Translations under genes and position numbers: made by a program | Notes under the pieces: model-generated | Database searches by the model: none | What the model was told of the DNA's origin: nothing | The model's input: only the letters and a program-made list of their open reading frames with translations | From: Sphingomonadales bacterium | GTDB taxonomy: Bacteria > Pseudomonadota > Alphaproteobacteria > Sphingomonadales > Sphingomonadaceae | Direction of reading: 5' to 3' | Length of the DNA stretch: 35,081 nt | Assembly: GCA_031362505.1 (NCBI GenBank) | Contig: JANLST010000482.1 | Location: 1-35,081 of the forward strand | Shown: one piece after another, positions 15,312-25,817 of the stretch | Layout: each line of letters starts with the position of its first letter | How positions within the stretch are numbered: the first letter of the stretch is position 1

Positions 15312-18300
15312 ATGGATCAAGTCAGTCAAATTGGGGCAGTCAGAAGGCTATTTGAGGAAACGAGGCGCAGGCTCGTTGAAACTGGAACTCGCAACCGCCT
15401 TATTCATGTGAACCGGCAAAACAAGAGATCGAATTCCCTTGAGATTATCAATGAGAAATCGAACGAAATATATAAGCTGATGGCTTCGTCTGGAAAGACG
15501 ATGCGCTTTTTGGCAACCGGGAAAGATAAGGATAGCGACAGCGATACTCCCAGCTTGGCCGCGCACGGTATAGCGACAGACTCGGAGTCTCGATTCACCG
15601 ATAACCAGCTTGAAACCCGGCTTGGCCCAGATGGCCTGCAAAAGCGGCTGTTGAAGCTCTCGCGGGATGCAAAAACCGCAGAGGAAGAGCAAGGTGTCAA
15701 CATTTTGTTCTTGGCAATGGGGTTTCTCACTTGGTTTGAGGACGAAACCAGCAACGTGAAGCGGGAAGCTCCCTTGCTTCTTCTACCCGTCGAGTTGGTT
15801 CGGAATCAACGAACATCAACCTTCGATCTCAAAATCAGAGACGACGAGGTTTCCACGAACCTCCCTTTGCAGGAGCGCTTCAAGGGAGATTTCGGAATCG
15901 ACCTGCCCGAAATCGAAATCGACGATAGCTGGACGCCGTGCGGATATTTTGACGAGGTCGAAGAGACGGTCGCGAATAAAAGCCGTTGGTCGATTGATCG
16001 AGACGGGATGCAGCTTGGCTTCTTTTCCTTTGCCAAGCTCCTCATGTTCCGTGACCTTGATCCTGCGAACTGGCCCGATAATGCTTTGGAGCGACATTCG
16101 CTCACCACCGGCTTGCTGTATGAACGGTTTGAGGTTGAGGAGCCGATGTTCGGTGCCGAGGAGCGCTTGGACGAGCGGCTTCCCCCCGAAACACTTTATC
16201 ATGTGGTTGACGCCGACTCCTCACAAGCAAAGGTGATCGAAGAGGTCCGCAGTGGCCGCAACCTCGTTGTTCAAGGACCGCCGGGGACAGGCAAGTCGCA
16301 GACGATCACCAACATCATCGCCTCAGCGGTGCGAGACGGGAAGCGAGTCCTTTTCGTTGCTGAGAAAATGGCCGCGTTGGCAGTCGTTCACAAACGCCTT
16401 GTCAATGTTGGGCTGTCAGACGTTTGTTTGGAGCTTCATTCCAAGAGCGCGAACAAAAAGGCCGTTTTAGCAGAATTGGGTCGAACGCTGAATGCGGCTC
16501 GCGCGATACCAGCGATGCCAGAACAGCCACATAAGCTCACGGCGGCGCGAGATCGGCTGAACGGGATTGCCGGAGACTTGCACCGAGAGGTGGGACGAAG
16601 TGGCGAAAGCGCTTTCGACGCGCTGGCGCGCCAAGTCCATTTCATGGGGCTATCCGCGCCGGCACCCACGCTTCCGGCAGATGGCCTTGCTGACATACAC
16701 ATCGACGAGGCTAAGCGGCTCGGATCGCTGATGGCAATATTTGGGGATGCAGTCAGGGATGCAGGGGCTTTGCATGACCATCCGTTTTTCGGGGTCGGTC
16801 AGCTCGACTTGCAACCCACAGACCTTGCCCGCCTTTCGGACAAGTTGACAGTCGTTGCAGAGACGGCAGCGGCGCTCAATCGAGCAATCAATGCCGCAGC
16901 AGAGGCGTTGGGCGTCGAAACCAAGTCGATGCTTTCCGTCGCTGAGCCAATGGCAAGCCAGCTTTCGAGCATTGGCGATGCACCCGAATTTGGCGACGAG
17001 ACGCTGAGGTCATTGCTTGAATTGCGAGACAAGGCACGGCTTCAAGAAAATCTTGAAGCCGGTCTGCGCTGGCAATCGGCGCGTGAGGCGAACGCCTCGG
17101 CCTTTAACGATTCCGCTTGGCGATTTGACGCCACGTCACTGCGGTCCGCATTGATTGCAGGGGAAGGCTCCTTTTTTGCGCGTTGGGGTTCAGCATATCG
17201 TCGCGCAAGCCGCGAACTTGGCGAATTGTTGCAAGACGCGTTGCCGAAATCGGCCTCGAATCGGACAGAGCTTGTCGATTGCCTTATCGAGATTTCGGCA
17301 TTTCGATCCGAATGGCGGGACGACGAGGGATGGTGCGCGAAGATCCTTGGCGATGAGTGGCGAGGAGAAAAGACTCCGTTTCAGTCACTTTTGAGTGCAG
17401 CCGGTTGGGCGGAGCGAGCGACTTCGGCTGGCAGTGATGCGAGGCCGGACTCGATCATCGCACTGGCGCGCGATTCCGAAAACAGGAGGGCGCTTGGAAC
17501 CGAATTGACCGATCGGGCAGCGGCCGCAAGGTCAAATTTCGAGGAGATCATTCAGGATTTAAAGCTCAATTTGAACGAGGCCATTCGAACAGACAAGTTC
17601 GAGGATGCCGACTTGGACACCCTTGAGCGCAAGGCGAAAGCACTCGCAGCTAACTCCGCGCGATATGACGAATGGGTCAACCTGCAACGGCTCCGCAGCA
17701 ATTTGCAGGCGGCAAAGCTCGAAATAGCATTGCCTGCACTCGAAGCAGGCCGGACGACGGGCCAACAGGCGGAAACCAATTTCCTATACGCCCGAGCGGA
17801 GGCCATTTGGAAAACGGCGCTTGCGTCAAACCCGGCGCTGGCAGACCTTCGCAATGTTGATCGCCATGAAGCTGTTGACGGCTTTCAAAAGCTGGAGGTC
17901 GAACGCCGCCGGGATTGCGTCAAGGACATCAGGGCGCGCCACCTCAATCAAGTCCCGCAAGGCGCGCAAGGAGCGATGGGATTTGTCCGCGGCGAGATTG
18001 GAAAGAAGAAGGCCCATGCGCCAATCAGAAAGCTGATTTCAAACGCAGGGGAAGCCATTCAACGGATCAAGCCTGTCCTTATGATGAGTCCGATTTCAGT
18101 GGCGCAATTCCTCCCGCCTGCTTCAATCGAATTCGACTTGCTGTTGATCGACGAGGCGAGCCAGGTACGGCCAGAGGACGCGTTGGGTGCAATCGCAAGG
18201 GCGCACCAGATTGTTGTGGTTGGCGACCAAAAACAATTGCCGCCCTCTTCATTCTTTGACCGGCTATCGGGCGGAGAGGACCAAGACGATGAAGAGGAAG

Positions 18301-20003
18301 TTTCGGGACTGCTGGACGGGGTAGCAAAGGTTGGCGACCTCGAAAGCATATTGACGCTTTGCGAAGCGCGCGGACTTTCAACGCGAATGCTGGAATGGCA
18401 TTACAGATCACGCGACCCTTCATTGATCCGCGTCTCAAACCGGGAGTTTTACGGCGACGGCCTGATCCTGCCCCCATCCCCGCTTCAAGGCGACCCCAAT
18501 TATGGTCTGACGTTTTCTCATGTTTCCGGCATTTATGACCGGGGCGGCAAGCGTGACAACCGTATTGAAGCCGAAGCATTGGTGAAACGAGTGGCTGAGC
18601 ACGCCCGAACCTCACCAGACCTTTCTCTTGGAATCGTTACTTTCTCATTCGCCCAACGCAATCTCATTACCGAACTCTTGGAGTATCAAAGGCGGCAAGA
18701 CGCCCCGCTTGATGGTTTCCTGCGCGAGGGCGGGAGCGAGGACGTGTTCGTCAAGAATATTGAAAACGTCCAAGGCGATGAACGCGACGTCATTCTGGTG
18801 AGCGTCGGATACGGACCGAGTGTTCCCGGCGGAAAGCCGTCAATGAGTTTTGGCCCCGTCAACAACGAAGGTGGCGAACGCCGGTTGAATGTCCTGTTTA
18901 CGCGTGCGCGCGTCCGTTGCGAGGTATTCTGCTCGTTCGATCCCGGCGAGATGGATTTATCGAAAACGAAGCTGGAAGGGCCACGCGTCCTCAAACGGTT
19001 TCTCGATTATGCCAAAACCGGAATAATCGACGAACGCGTGGCGACCGACGCGGAACCCGACACACCTTTTGAAGCTGACATTGCTACTGAAATCCGAAAA
19101 CTAGGCTTCCTTGTGGATCACCAAGTCGGAACGGTTGGTTTCAAGATTGACCTTGGCGTCCGCCATCCTGATCGGCCCGGCACATACATTCTCGCAGTGG
19201 AGTGCGATGGAGCTACCTACCACAGTGCGCTCTGGGCGCGGGAACGGGATCGTCTTCGCCAAGAGGTGCTTGAGCATCTCGGTTGGAAATTTCACCGAAT
19301 CTGGTCAACCGATTGGTTTTACCGGCGCACCGCCGAGTTGGAACGATTGCGAGCCGCTCTGGACGAAGCCTTTCGTGTAAGCGCGGCTGGTCTCAAAGTT
19401 CCGGGTGCAAACAATGGTGGCAAGCAGGAGGCAGTTGTGACTTCGCAGGCCGCGCCAGTTGAACCAATCAGCCTCATAGAAGCGCGTCAACGGACAATGC
19501 CGCCTTACCAAAAGGCATGGGTTTCCATTAAAACACATTTAGAGCCACATGAGGTTGCCATCAGTTCATTAGCGCGCCTTGCAACCACAGTCGTGGAGAC
19601 CGAGGGGCCTATTCACGAAGAAGAGGCAGCGCGCCGAATTGCGGCTGCATTTGGTAAAGAGAAAGCCGGGTCACGAATCCTAAAGGCGACCCAACAAGCG
19701 CTCAAGATGGCTATGCGATCAGCCGAAACTCCATTGGTTCAGGATGGAAAATTCTGGTTTACAAGAGCGCAAGCCGAAGACCCGCCCGTTCGTGACCGAT
19801 CAAAAGAAACGATTCCAACGACCTCGCCAGCGAACATATCGAAACTTGAAGTCATGCGCTGCCTAGAGATTGCCTTGGAGGACAATGCAGGCGGATCGGA
19901 TCAGGACATCATTAGAGCGGCAGCGCGACTCTTCGGCTTCAAGCGGGTTGGTCCGGAATTGCAGGCCCGTTTGGAAACATGCTTAGAAGAGATTGACCAC
20001 TGA
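15312..20003 (+). CDS. hheA: DUF4011 / SF1 helicase / Vsr-like (MTES_1575) nuclease / DUF3320 protein; Hhe-type anti-phage system
   Basis: N-terminal RRRLVETGTRNRLI...EEQGVNILFLAMGFLTW...APLLLLPV; QGPPGTGKSQTI; MMSPISVAQFL; IDEASQ; VGDQKQLPP; WHYRSR; KNIENVQGDERD; RRLNVLFTRAR; FKIDLG...AVECDGATYHS..ARERDRLRQ..LGWKFHRIWSTDW; EGPIHEEE; 1563 aa from ATG 15312. Confidence 0.85.
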   Translation: MDQVSQIGAVRRLFEETRRRLVETGTRNRLIHVNRQNKRSNSLEIINEKSNEIYKLMASSGKTMRFLATGKDKDSDSDTPSLAAHGIATDSESRFTDNQLETRLGPDGLQKRLLKLSRDAKTAEEEQGVNILFLAMGFLTWFEDETSNVKREAPLLLLPVELVRNQRTSTFDLKIRDDEVSTNLPLQERFKGDFGIDLPEIEIDDSWTPCGYFDEVEETVANKSRWSIDRDGMQLGFFSFAKLLMFRDLDPANWPDNALERHSLTTGLLYERFEVEEPMFGAEERLDERLPPETLYHVVDADSSQAKVIEEVRSGRNLVVQGPPGTGKSQTITNIIASAVRDGKRVLFVAEKMAALAVVHKRLVNVGLSDVCLELHSKSANKKAVLAELGRTLNAARAIPAMPEQPHKLTAARDRLNGIAGDLHREVGRSGESAFDALARQVHFMGLSAPAPTLPADGLADIHIDEAKRLGSLMAIFGDAVRDAGALHDHPFFGVGQLDLQPTDLARLSDKLTVVAETAAALNRAINAAAEALGVETKSMLSVAEPMASQLSSIGDAPEFGDETLRSLLELRDKARLQENLEAGLRWQSAREANASAFNDSAWRFDATSLRSALIAGEGSFFARWGSAYRRASRELGELLQDALPKSASNRTELVDCLIEISAFRSEWRDDEGWCAKILGDEWRGEKTPFQSLLSAAGWAERATSAGSDARPDSIIALARDSENRRALGTELTDRAAAARSNFEEIIQDLKLNLNEAIRTDKFEDADLDTLERKAKALAANSARYDEWVNLQRLRSNLQAAKLEIALPALEAGRTTGQQAETNFLYARAEAIWKTALASNPALADLRNVDRHEAVDGFQKLEVERRRDCVKDIRARHLNQVPQGAQGAMGFVRGEIGKKKAHAPIRKLISNAGEAIQRIKPVLMMSPISVAQFLPPASIEFDLLLIDEASQVRPEDALGAIARAHQIVVVGDQKQLPPSSFFDRLSGGEDQDDEEEVSGLLDGVAKVGDLESILTLCEARGLSTRMLEWHYRSRDPSLIRVSNREFYGDGLILPPSPLQGDPNYGLTFSHVSGIYDRGGKRDNRIEAEALVKRVAEHARTSPDLSLGIVTFSFAQRNLITELLEYQRRQDAPLDGFLREGGSEDVFVKNIENVQGDERDVILVSVGYGPSVPGGKPSMSFGPVNNEGGERRLNVLFTRARVRCEVFCSFDPGEMDLSKTKLEGPRVLKRFLDYAKTGIIDERVATDAEPDTPFEADIATEIRKLGFLVDHQVGTVGFKIDLGVRHPDRPGTYILAVECDGATYHSALWARERDRLRQEVLEHLGWKFHRIWSTDWFYRRTAELERLRAALDEAFRVSAAGLKVPGANNGGKQEAVVTSQAAPVEPISLIEARQRTMPPYQKAWVSIKTHLEPHEVAISSLARLATTVVETEGPIHEEEAARRIAAAFGKEKAGSRILKATQQALKMAMRSAETPLVQDGKFWFTRAQAEDPPVRDRSKETIPTTSPANISKLEVMRCLEIALEDNAGGSDQDIIRAAARLFGFKRVGPELQARLETCLEEIDH

Positions 20004-20482
20004 AAGGCGGATGGCTGCGATCAAGTATGGACGCCCTTTCTGTCCCCGAAATTTCGCAGTGTGGGGGGCGTTCGGCGGCTGAAATTGCCCTGATTTTCGA
20101 GGGCAAGATAAAAGAGAACGATGTGCGGGGCCATCTTTCTCCGGTCGTTTCGCAGTTTTTCAAAGAGTTGGCGGCGCGCTTAGCGAGGTGTAGAAAAACG
20201 GTGTGAGGTGCCGACATCGTTCAACGCAAGGATTGAGGCCGGTTTCTTGCACATCGTGGCAGGCTTAGCGTGGTCGCAAGCGTCCTTCATTCGAGCAAGC
20301 CATACCGGCAGCAATGCCGCAGGCTTGGCGAGTTCGGCGAAAATCGCAGAAAAATGGCGAGTCCGAAGTGCTAACTCGCGTTGAATTTTCCACACAAGGC
20401 GCTCCGTAGCACACAGGCGTGCAGCGTCGCAGGAATGTCAGGTTCTTTTTTGGGGTCGTTTCGGCGAAAATGCGAGCGGCGA

Positions 20483-20523
20483 CGGATCGACCGGTAAGGC
20501 CATGAATCCATCCGGTCGATCCG
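20483..20523. repeat. 12-bp perfect inverted repeat in the island non-coding region
   Basis: CGGATCGACCGG (20483-20494) / CCGGTCGATCCG (20512-20523), extendable by GGCG / CGCC. Confidence 0.7.
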
Positions 20524-20617
20524 CCGCCACCCTCCAGCCAAGGAATGCGTTATGGGTGCCGGGAATGTTGCCAAGTGTGGAGTGAGAACGACGACAATAT
20601 GGTTTGGGTCGCCGCCT

Positions 20618-20800
20618 ATGACTCTCCCGATTGAACCGCTGACCGTCCGCGTGCCGATTGCCGTGCAGTTGACCGGGATCGGGCGGTCGAAGATTTACGA
20701 GCTGATAAAGGCAGGCAAGCTCGATACCGTGAAAGTCGGTGCCTCAACTCTTATCACCGTCGCCAGCTTGAAGCGGCTTATTGAGAAGCCAAAGCAATAG
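20618..20800 (+). CDS. AlpA/excisionase-like winged-helix DNA-binding protein
   Basis: MTLPIEPLTVRVPIAVQLTGIGRSKIYELIKAGKLDTVKVGASTLI; 60 aa; convergent with and overlapping the integrase 3' end. Confidence 0.85.
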   Translation: MTLPIEPLTVRVPIAVQLTGIGRSKIYELIKAGKLDTVKVGASTLITVASLKRLIEKPKQ

Positions 20801-22016
20801 GTGGCTTGCGGAAACTCCCTTGCAGAATTTTCGCGCCAGAACGGAGTTGGTCAAGATAGTCTGACCAGCTTGCCATCATCGTCAGCCGTTCTTCCCAATG
20901 CTCGCCGCGCGCATAGGCCCGGCGCACTTCGTCACTCTCCGCATGGCCAAGCTGGCGTTCAATCGCATCGGGGTTCCAGCGACCTTGTTCATTGAGCAGT
21001 GTGCTTGCCATCGCGCGAAAGCCGTGAGCAGTCATAGTCTTTCCGTCAAATCCCATGCGCCGCAGCGCAAGGTTGATCGTGTTTTCACACATGGGGCGAT
21101 CCCGTTTGCCTTGGGCCGGGAAGAGGTAACGGCGAGTGCCAGTGATCTCACCTAGTTCTCCCAAGATGGCTAGTGATTGCCGGGTGAGCGGAACGCGATG
21201 GGCGACGCGCATTTTGGTCTTGCTGGCGGGGATGATCCAAACTCTCTTTGTAAAATCGAACTCGCTCCATTCGGCCTGCCGAAGCTCCCCAGGGCGCACG
21301 AAGACATGCGGCGCAAGCCGAAGGGCCGCATGAGTGATCGGGTAGCCTGAATAGGCATCTATCGCCCGCAACAGGACGCCTGCTTCCTTGGGGGTGATGA
21401 TGGCCGCCCGGTGCGTCACTTTGGGCACGATCAGAGCGCCTCGCAGGTCCGCTGATATGTCCCGGTCGGCTCGGCCCGTGGCAATGGCGTAACGAAACAC
21501 CTGCCCGCAGGTGCTGCGCAATCTGCGCGCTGTTTCATAGTGACCACGCTTTTCGACGGCACGGAGCACGGCCAACAATTCCGGTGCTTTGATTTCGCCA
21601 ATCTTGCGGTCGCCCAAAATCGGGTTGGCGAAGTCAAGCAGCCACGTCAGTTTGCTCAACGTCACTTCGGCGCGGCCTTCTCGGCGGGCCATGTCCAGCC
21701 ATTCGTCTGCAACTGCCCGGAAGCTATTCAAATTGGCTAGCGGACCGGTGATCTTGTCGATCTTGCGCTTCGCTGCCGGATTGACCCCGTCGGCAATTTG
21801 CTTTTTTACTTCCAGACGCTTGATGCGCGCTTCGGCGAGGGAAATTGTCGGATAAACACCTAAGGCAGCGGTCGCGCGCTTGTTGGCGAAGCGGTAATCG
21901 ATGCGCCAGTATCGCTGTCCCGCCGTCGTAACGAGCAAATAAAGGCCACCGCCATCCGATAGCTTGTAAGGCTTATCACGCGGCGTAGCCCGCCGCACGG
22001 CCAGATCGGTAAGCAT
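20778..22016 (-). CDS. P4/CP4-type tyrosine integrase with arm-binding domain
   Basis: KPYKLSDGGGLYLLV, LGVYPTISLAEAR, VRPGELRQAEW, KTKM, TAHGFRAMASTLLNE, ERQLGH, RRAY; 412 aa. Confidence 0.95.
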   Translation of the reverse strand: MLTDLAVRRATPRDKPYKLSDGGGLYLLVTTAGQRYWRIDYRFANKRATAALGVYPTISLAEARIKRLEVKKQIADGVNPAAKRKIDKITGPLANLNSFRAVADEWLDMARREGRAEVTLSKLTWLLDFANPILGDRKIGEIKAPELLAVLRAVEKRGHYETARRLRSTCGQVFRYAIATGRADRDISADLRGALIVPKVTHRAAIITPKEAGVLLRAIDAYSGYPITHAALRLAPHVFVRPGELRQAEWSEFDFTKRVWIIPASKTKMRVAHRVPLTRQSLAILGELGEITGTRRYLFPAQGKRDRPMCENTINLALRRMGFDGKTMTAHGFRAMASTLLNEQGRWNPDAIERQLGHAESDEVRRAYARGEHWEERLTMMASWSDYLDQLRSGAKILQGSFRKPPIALASQ

Positions 22017-22040
22017 GACGCCGCCTCCGTGTCGGATTTG

Positions 22041-22108
22041 ATACCGTCAAATATACCGTCGGATGCCGTCAATTGCAATGAATTTGTGTGAATGCCGGTG
22101 GACGGTAT
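22041..22108. repeat. Putative integrase arm-type sites (right end)
   Basis: ATACCGTC 22041-22048 and 22053-22060, ATGCCGTC 22063-22070, inverted GACGGTAT 22101-22108. Confidence 0.7.
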
Positions 22109-22174
22109 ATGCGTCAATAAAGCCTGATTTCATGGACTTTTCCGGACATCTGTGGACGTGTCCAGATAAAACAA

Positions 22175-22261
<87 letters not shown>

Positions 22262-22389
22262 ACGGGGCAGCCCTTTTTGGCCACATGGGAACGAGGCGCG
22301 CGGTTACGGCGACGGTTGCGGCTTGTCAATGCGGTGCGCGGACGGCATGGGCACTTGCGGGTTTGCAAGCATGATATGGGCAGGTTCAC

Positions 22390-23319
22390 ATGGTTGATAT
22401 AGTGACAGTGTTTGGCGGCGATGGATTTGTTGGCCGGTATGTTGTGCAGGCACTTCTCAAAGCGGGGTGTCGTGTCCGCGTGGCGAGCCGCAATCCAAAG
22501 CGTGGCTGGTTTTTGAAGGCACAGGCAAACCTTGGACAGATCGCCTACGTAGCGGCCGATATCACACGCCCCGAGACCCTCAAACATGCGGTCGAGGGTG
22601 CGACTGCGGTGATCAACCTTGTGGGCGTGCTGAAAGGCGATTTTGATCTCGTCCATCGCAAGGGTGCAGCGAATGCCGCGGCAGCAGCCAGGGCGGCTGG
22701 CGTGCCGGCCTTCCTGCAGGTTTCCGCAATCGGTGCGGATCCGGACAGCCCGTCTGCCTATGGCCAGTCCAAGGGTGAAGGCGAGGCGGCGGTGCGGGGT
22801 GCTTTTCCCGGCGCGACGATCCTGAGGCCCTCGATAGTCTTTGGTCGCGAAGACCAGTTCATAAATCGGTTTGCCGGACTTATCCGGATGCTGCCGATCG
22901 TGCCGATCATCGGCGGTACAACCAAGTTCCAGCCCGTATTCGTGGGCGATGTGGCACGCGCCGTATCTGTCATCGTCATCGACCCACAAATGCATGCTGG
23001 AAAGACATATGAACTGGGCGGGCCGGAGATCATTTCGATGACCGGCATCAACCACTGGATCGCCGAAGCCACGGGACATGAACGCCTGTTCGTCGAAGTG
23101 CCGAACGAAATAGCGGGACCGCTCGCCACTCTTACCGGGTGGCTACCCGGTGCCCCCATCACGCGCGATCAATGGTTGATGTTGCAAACCGACAATGTGG
23201 TAAGCGCCAAGAGCAAGGGACTGGCTGCGCTGGGCATCCTCCCGACGCCGCTCGACGTTGTCGCGCCGGGCTGGCTCGTTCTGTACCGAAAACATGGACG
23301 GTTCGGAGCCACAGCATGA
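22390..23319 (+). CDS. Complex I NDUFA9-like NAD(P)-binding SDR/epimerase family protein
   Basis: TVFGGDGFVGRYVV, VINLVGVL, SAIGAD..SPSAYGQSK, ILRPSIVFGRED, FQPVFVGDVA, YELGGPE. Confidence 0.9.
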   Translation: MVDIVTVFGGDGFVGRYVVQALLKAGCRVRVASRNPKRGWFLKAQANLGQIAYVAADITRPETLKHAVEGATAVINLVGVLKGDFDLVHRKGAANAAAAARAAGVPAFLQVSAIGADPDSPSAYGQSKGEGEAAVRGAFPGATILRPSIVFGREDQFINRFAGLIRMLPIVPIIGGTTKFQPVFVGDVARAVSVIVIDPQMHAGKTYELGGPEIISMTGINHWIAEATGHERLFVEVPNEIAGPLATLTGWLPGAPITRDQWLMLQTDNVVSAKSKGLAALGILPTPLDVVAPGWLVLYRKHGRFGATA

Positions 23320-24116
23320 GCGATCTGCTGACGGTCATCCTGCTCGGTATTGTTGAAGGGCTGACCGAATTTATTCCGGTCTCTTCCACGGGGCATCTGG
23401 TCCTGGCGGGCGCGCTTCTCGGGTTCAAGGACGGATCGGGCGGCGCTTTTGATATCGTAATCCAGCTTGGTGCAATCCTCGCCGTGATCGTGCTCTATTG
23501 GCGCCGGTTCTGGGGTGTTGGCATCGGATTATTGGGCTGGAAGGACGGACCGGTTGCCTTCACTCGGAATACCCTGCTTGGCTTTCTTCCTTCGGCCGTT
23601 GCGGGCGCGCTGGCCTATAAGGCAATCAAGGAGATGCTTGATACTCCGGCCATTGTGGCCTGGGCTCTCATCCTTGGGGGCGTTGCCATCCTTTTGATCG
23701 AACGCATGGCGAAGACGGTGACAACCGAGAGCGTTGAGGCGATGAACTGGAAAACTGCTCTTGGGATTGGTGTCATCCAGTGCCTGTCGATGATTCCAGG
23801 CGTGAGCCGCTCAGGCGCGACGATCATGGGCGCACTGGTGCTCGGCGTGGAACGCAAGACGGCTGCAGAGTTCAGCTTCTTCGTTGCAATTCCCACGATG
23901 ATGGGCGCGACAACGCTTGCACTCTACAAGGAAGGTGCAGCGCTCGCTTCTGCCGATGTCGCCAATATCGCGATAGGCTTTGCCATCTCGTTCGTGGTGG
24001 CCGCACTTGTGATCAAGGGATTTTTGGCCATTGTGACCCGTTATGGGTTTGCGCCATTTGCCTGGTATCGGATCGTTGCCGGGATTGCCGCATTGATCTG
24101 GCTCAGGAGTATCTAG
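23316..24116 (+). CDS. uppP: Undecaprenyl-diphosphate phosphatase
   Basis: LGIVEGLTEFIPVSSTGH, IQLGAILA, IPGVSRSGATI, AAEFSF, FAWYR; ATGA overlap with the upstream gene. Confidence 0.96.
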   Translation: MSDLLTVILLGIVEGLTEFIPVSSTGHLVLAGALLGFKDGSGGAFDIVIQLGAILAVIVLYWRRFWGVGIGLLGWKDGPVAFTRNTLLGFLPSAVAGALAYKAIKEMLDTPAIVAWALILGGVAILLIERMAKTVTTESVEAMNWKTALGIGVIQCLSMIPGVSRSGATIMGALVLGVERKTAAEFSFFVAIPTMMGATTLALYKEGAALASADVANIAIGFAISFVVAALVIKGFLAIVTRYGFAPFAWYRIVAGIAALIWLRSI

Positions 24117-24205
24117 CCCGTTTCATTCAGGCTAGGACAAGCTTTGCGTGGCTATAGGCAAACACAATCGGGGGCTGTTCCCCCGTCTGTAATCGGAGGC
24201 TCGCC

Positions 24206-24622
24206 GTGCGTTCAGCCCTTCTGCCCCTTGCCGCGTTGACATTTGCAACACCTGCACTGGCAGCCGAATCTTCGGCCCAGCGCGAATTGACCCATATGGC
24301 GGATACACTCAACGACCCATCAAACCAGGCTGCGATATCGGGCGCCCTTGGTGCCATGGTGGCGGCGGTTCTCGATATCCGTGTCGATGGCATCGCCAAG
24401 GCACTGGAAGGCATGAATGGCGGTAAACCCGTCACAATGCATGGCAGCACGGTGCGTGACCTGGCGGAGCGAGATAATCCAGATTTCGAGCGCAAAATGC
24501 AGTCAGACACTCGCGCTGCGGTAGGTGCAGCGGGCGGGCTGGCGTCGGCGATGGCCCTGATGTTGCCTGAACTCGAAAAGGCTGGACGCAAGATGAAAGG
24601 TACGCTGCCCGAGATGCATTAA
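24206..24622 (+). CDS. Hypothetical exported protein
   Basis: GGAGG RBS, GTG start, signal peptide ending ATPALA, helical Ala/Met-rich body. Confidence 0.75.
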   Translation: MRSALLPLAALTFATPALAAESSAQRELTHMADTLNDPSNQAAISGALGAMVAAVLDIRVDGIAKALEGMNGGKPVTMHGSTVRDLAERDNPDFERKMQSDTRAAVGAAGGLASAMALMLPELEKAGRKMKGTLPEMH

Positions 24623-24666
24623 GCAGGGTGACGGCGTGGAGTGTGGACGCTATGGCTTTGCGTTCA

Positions 24667-25338
24667 ATGTGGCTTCTCTACCAGTTTCCTCTCTGTCCGT
24701 TTTCGCGCAAGGTCCGGCTTCTTCTGGGAGAAAAGGGCGTGGGCTATGAGCTTGTCCGCGAGAATCCCTGGGAACGGCGCGACGAATTTCTCGATTTGAA
24801 TCCTGCCGGACAAACGCCGGTTCTTGTCGAACGTGACAAGAATATATCCCTGATGAGTTCGGGAGCGGTGTGCGAGTATTTCGAAGAGACGGTCGACCAG
24901 ACACCCATGATCTCCGGAACAGCGACCAACCGCGCAGAAATTCGCCGTCTGACGGCTTGGTTCGACGAACAGTTCTATGACAATGTGGTTGCACCGCTTA
25001 TGCATGAGAGGATGCTCAAGCGTATCCTGCACCGCTCGACGCCAGACGGGGCCACGCTGCGCGAGGCAATGAAGAATGCCAATCAGTTGATGGACTATGT
25101 CGATTGGCTGCTCGATCATCGCAACTGGATGGCAGGCGCAACGCTCAGCCTCGCTGATCTGGCTGCTGCTGCCCATATTTCGGTGGCAGATTATCTTGGT
25201 GGGATCGACTGGCGCGGGCATGAAGCCACCAAGGCATGGTATTCCGGACTGAAATCACGCCCGAGTTTTCGCCCCTTGCTCAATGAACGGATGGATGGCG
25301 TGGCGCCGCCAGATTATTACGACAAAGTGGATTTTTGA
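24667..25338 (+). CDS. fzlA: Glutathione S-transferase-fold FtsZ-binding protein FzlA-like
   Basis: LYQFPLCPFSRKVRL, LNPAGQTPVL, LSLADLAAAAH, KSRPSFRPLL and the C-terminal PPxxYxxxDF tail characteristic of FzlA. Confidence 0.8.
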   Translation: MWLLYQFPLCPFSRKVRLLLGEKGVGYELVRENPWERRDEFLDLNPAGQTPVLVERDKNISLMSSGAVCEYFEETVDQTPMISGTATNRAEIRRLTAWFDEQFYDNVVAPLMHERMLKRILHRSTPDGATLREAMKNANQLMDYVDWLLDHRNWMAGATLSLADLAAAAHISVADYLGGIDWRGHEATKAWYSGLKSRPSFRPLLNERMDGVAPPDYYDKVDF

Positions 25339-25814
25339 TGCGCGCGATTCTTCTTGCCCTGGCATTCGCGATTGCAATCCCGACGTCGCTTTCTGCTGAA
25401 GCGGTTGTAGCAAAGGAGACTCTGGTGAGTGACAAGGCAGCAGGTGAATTCGATGTCAAAATCGCGCCCGTGTCCCAGGCAGATGAGGTCTTGAGCCGCT
25501 TTTCGATCGACAAGCAATATCATGGCGATCTTGTCGCAACCGGATTTGGCCAGATGATGGCCAGCAGGGATGAGAAAGCCAAAACCGGCGTTTATGTCGC
25601 AATCGAGACCGTCACCGGGACGCTCAAGGGACGGAAGGGTTCGTTCATTCTCGCCCATCGAGGCATGATGAGCCCGGCGGGACAGGAATTGAGTGTGGTC
25701 ATCACGCCCGCATCAGGCACGGGGGAATTGGCAGGCATTTCAGGCGATCTCGAAATCATCCTGGAAGGCGGCAAACATTCCTATGTGCTGCGTTACACCC
25801 TGCCAGCCAATTAG
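25338..25814 (+). CDS. DUF3224 domain protein with N-terminal signal-like segment
   Basis: AAGEFDVK, KQYHGDL, YVAIETVTGTLKGRKGSFILAHRG, SGTGELAGISG, HSYVLRY; TGATG coupling. Confidence 0.85.
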   Translation: MRAILLALAFAIAIPTSLSAEAVVAKETLVSDKAAGEFDVKIAPVSQADEVLSRFSIDKQYHGDLVATGFGQMMASRDEKAKTGVYVAIETVTGTLKGRKGSFILAHRGMMSPAGQELSVVITPASGTGELAGISGDLEIILEGGKHSYVLRYTLPAN

Positions 25815-25817
25815 GAT

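Noticed and set aside
20027-20206. 59-aa plus-strand ORF after hhe (MDALSVPEISQ...)
   Set aside because: Short, no clear RBS or recognisable motif; cannot be supported without a search.
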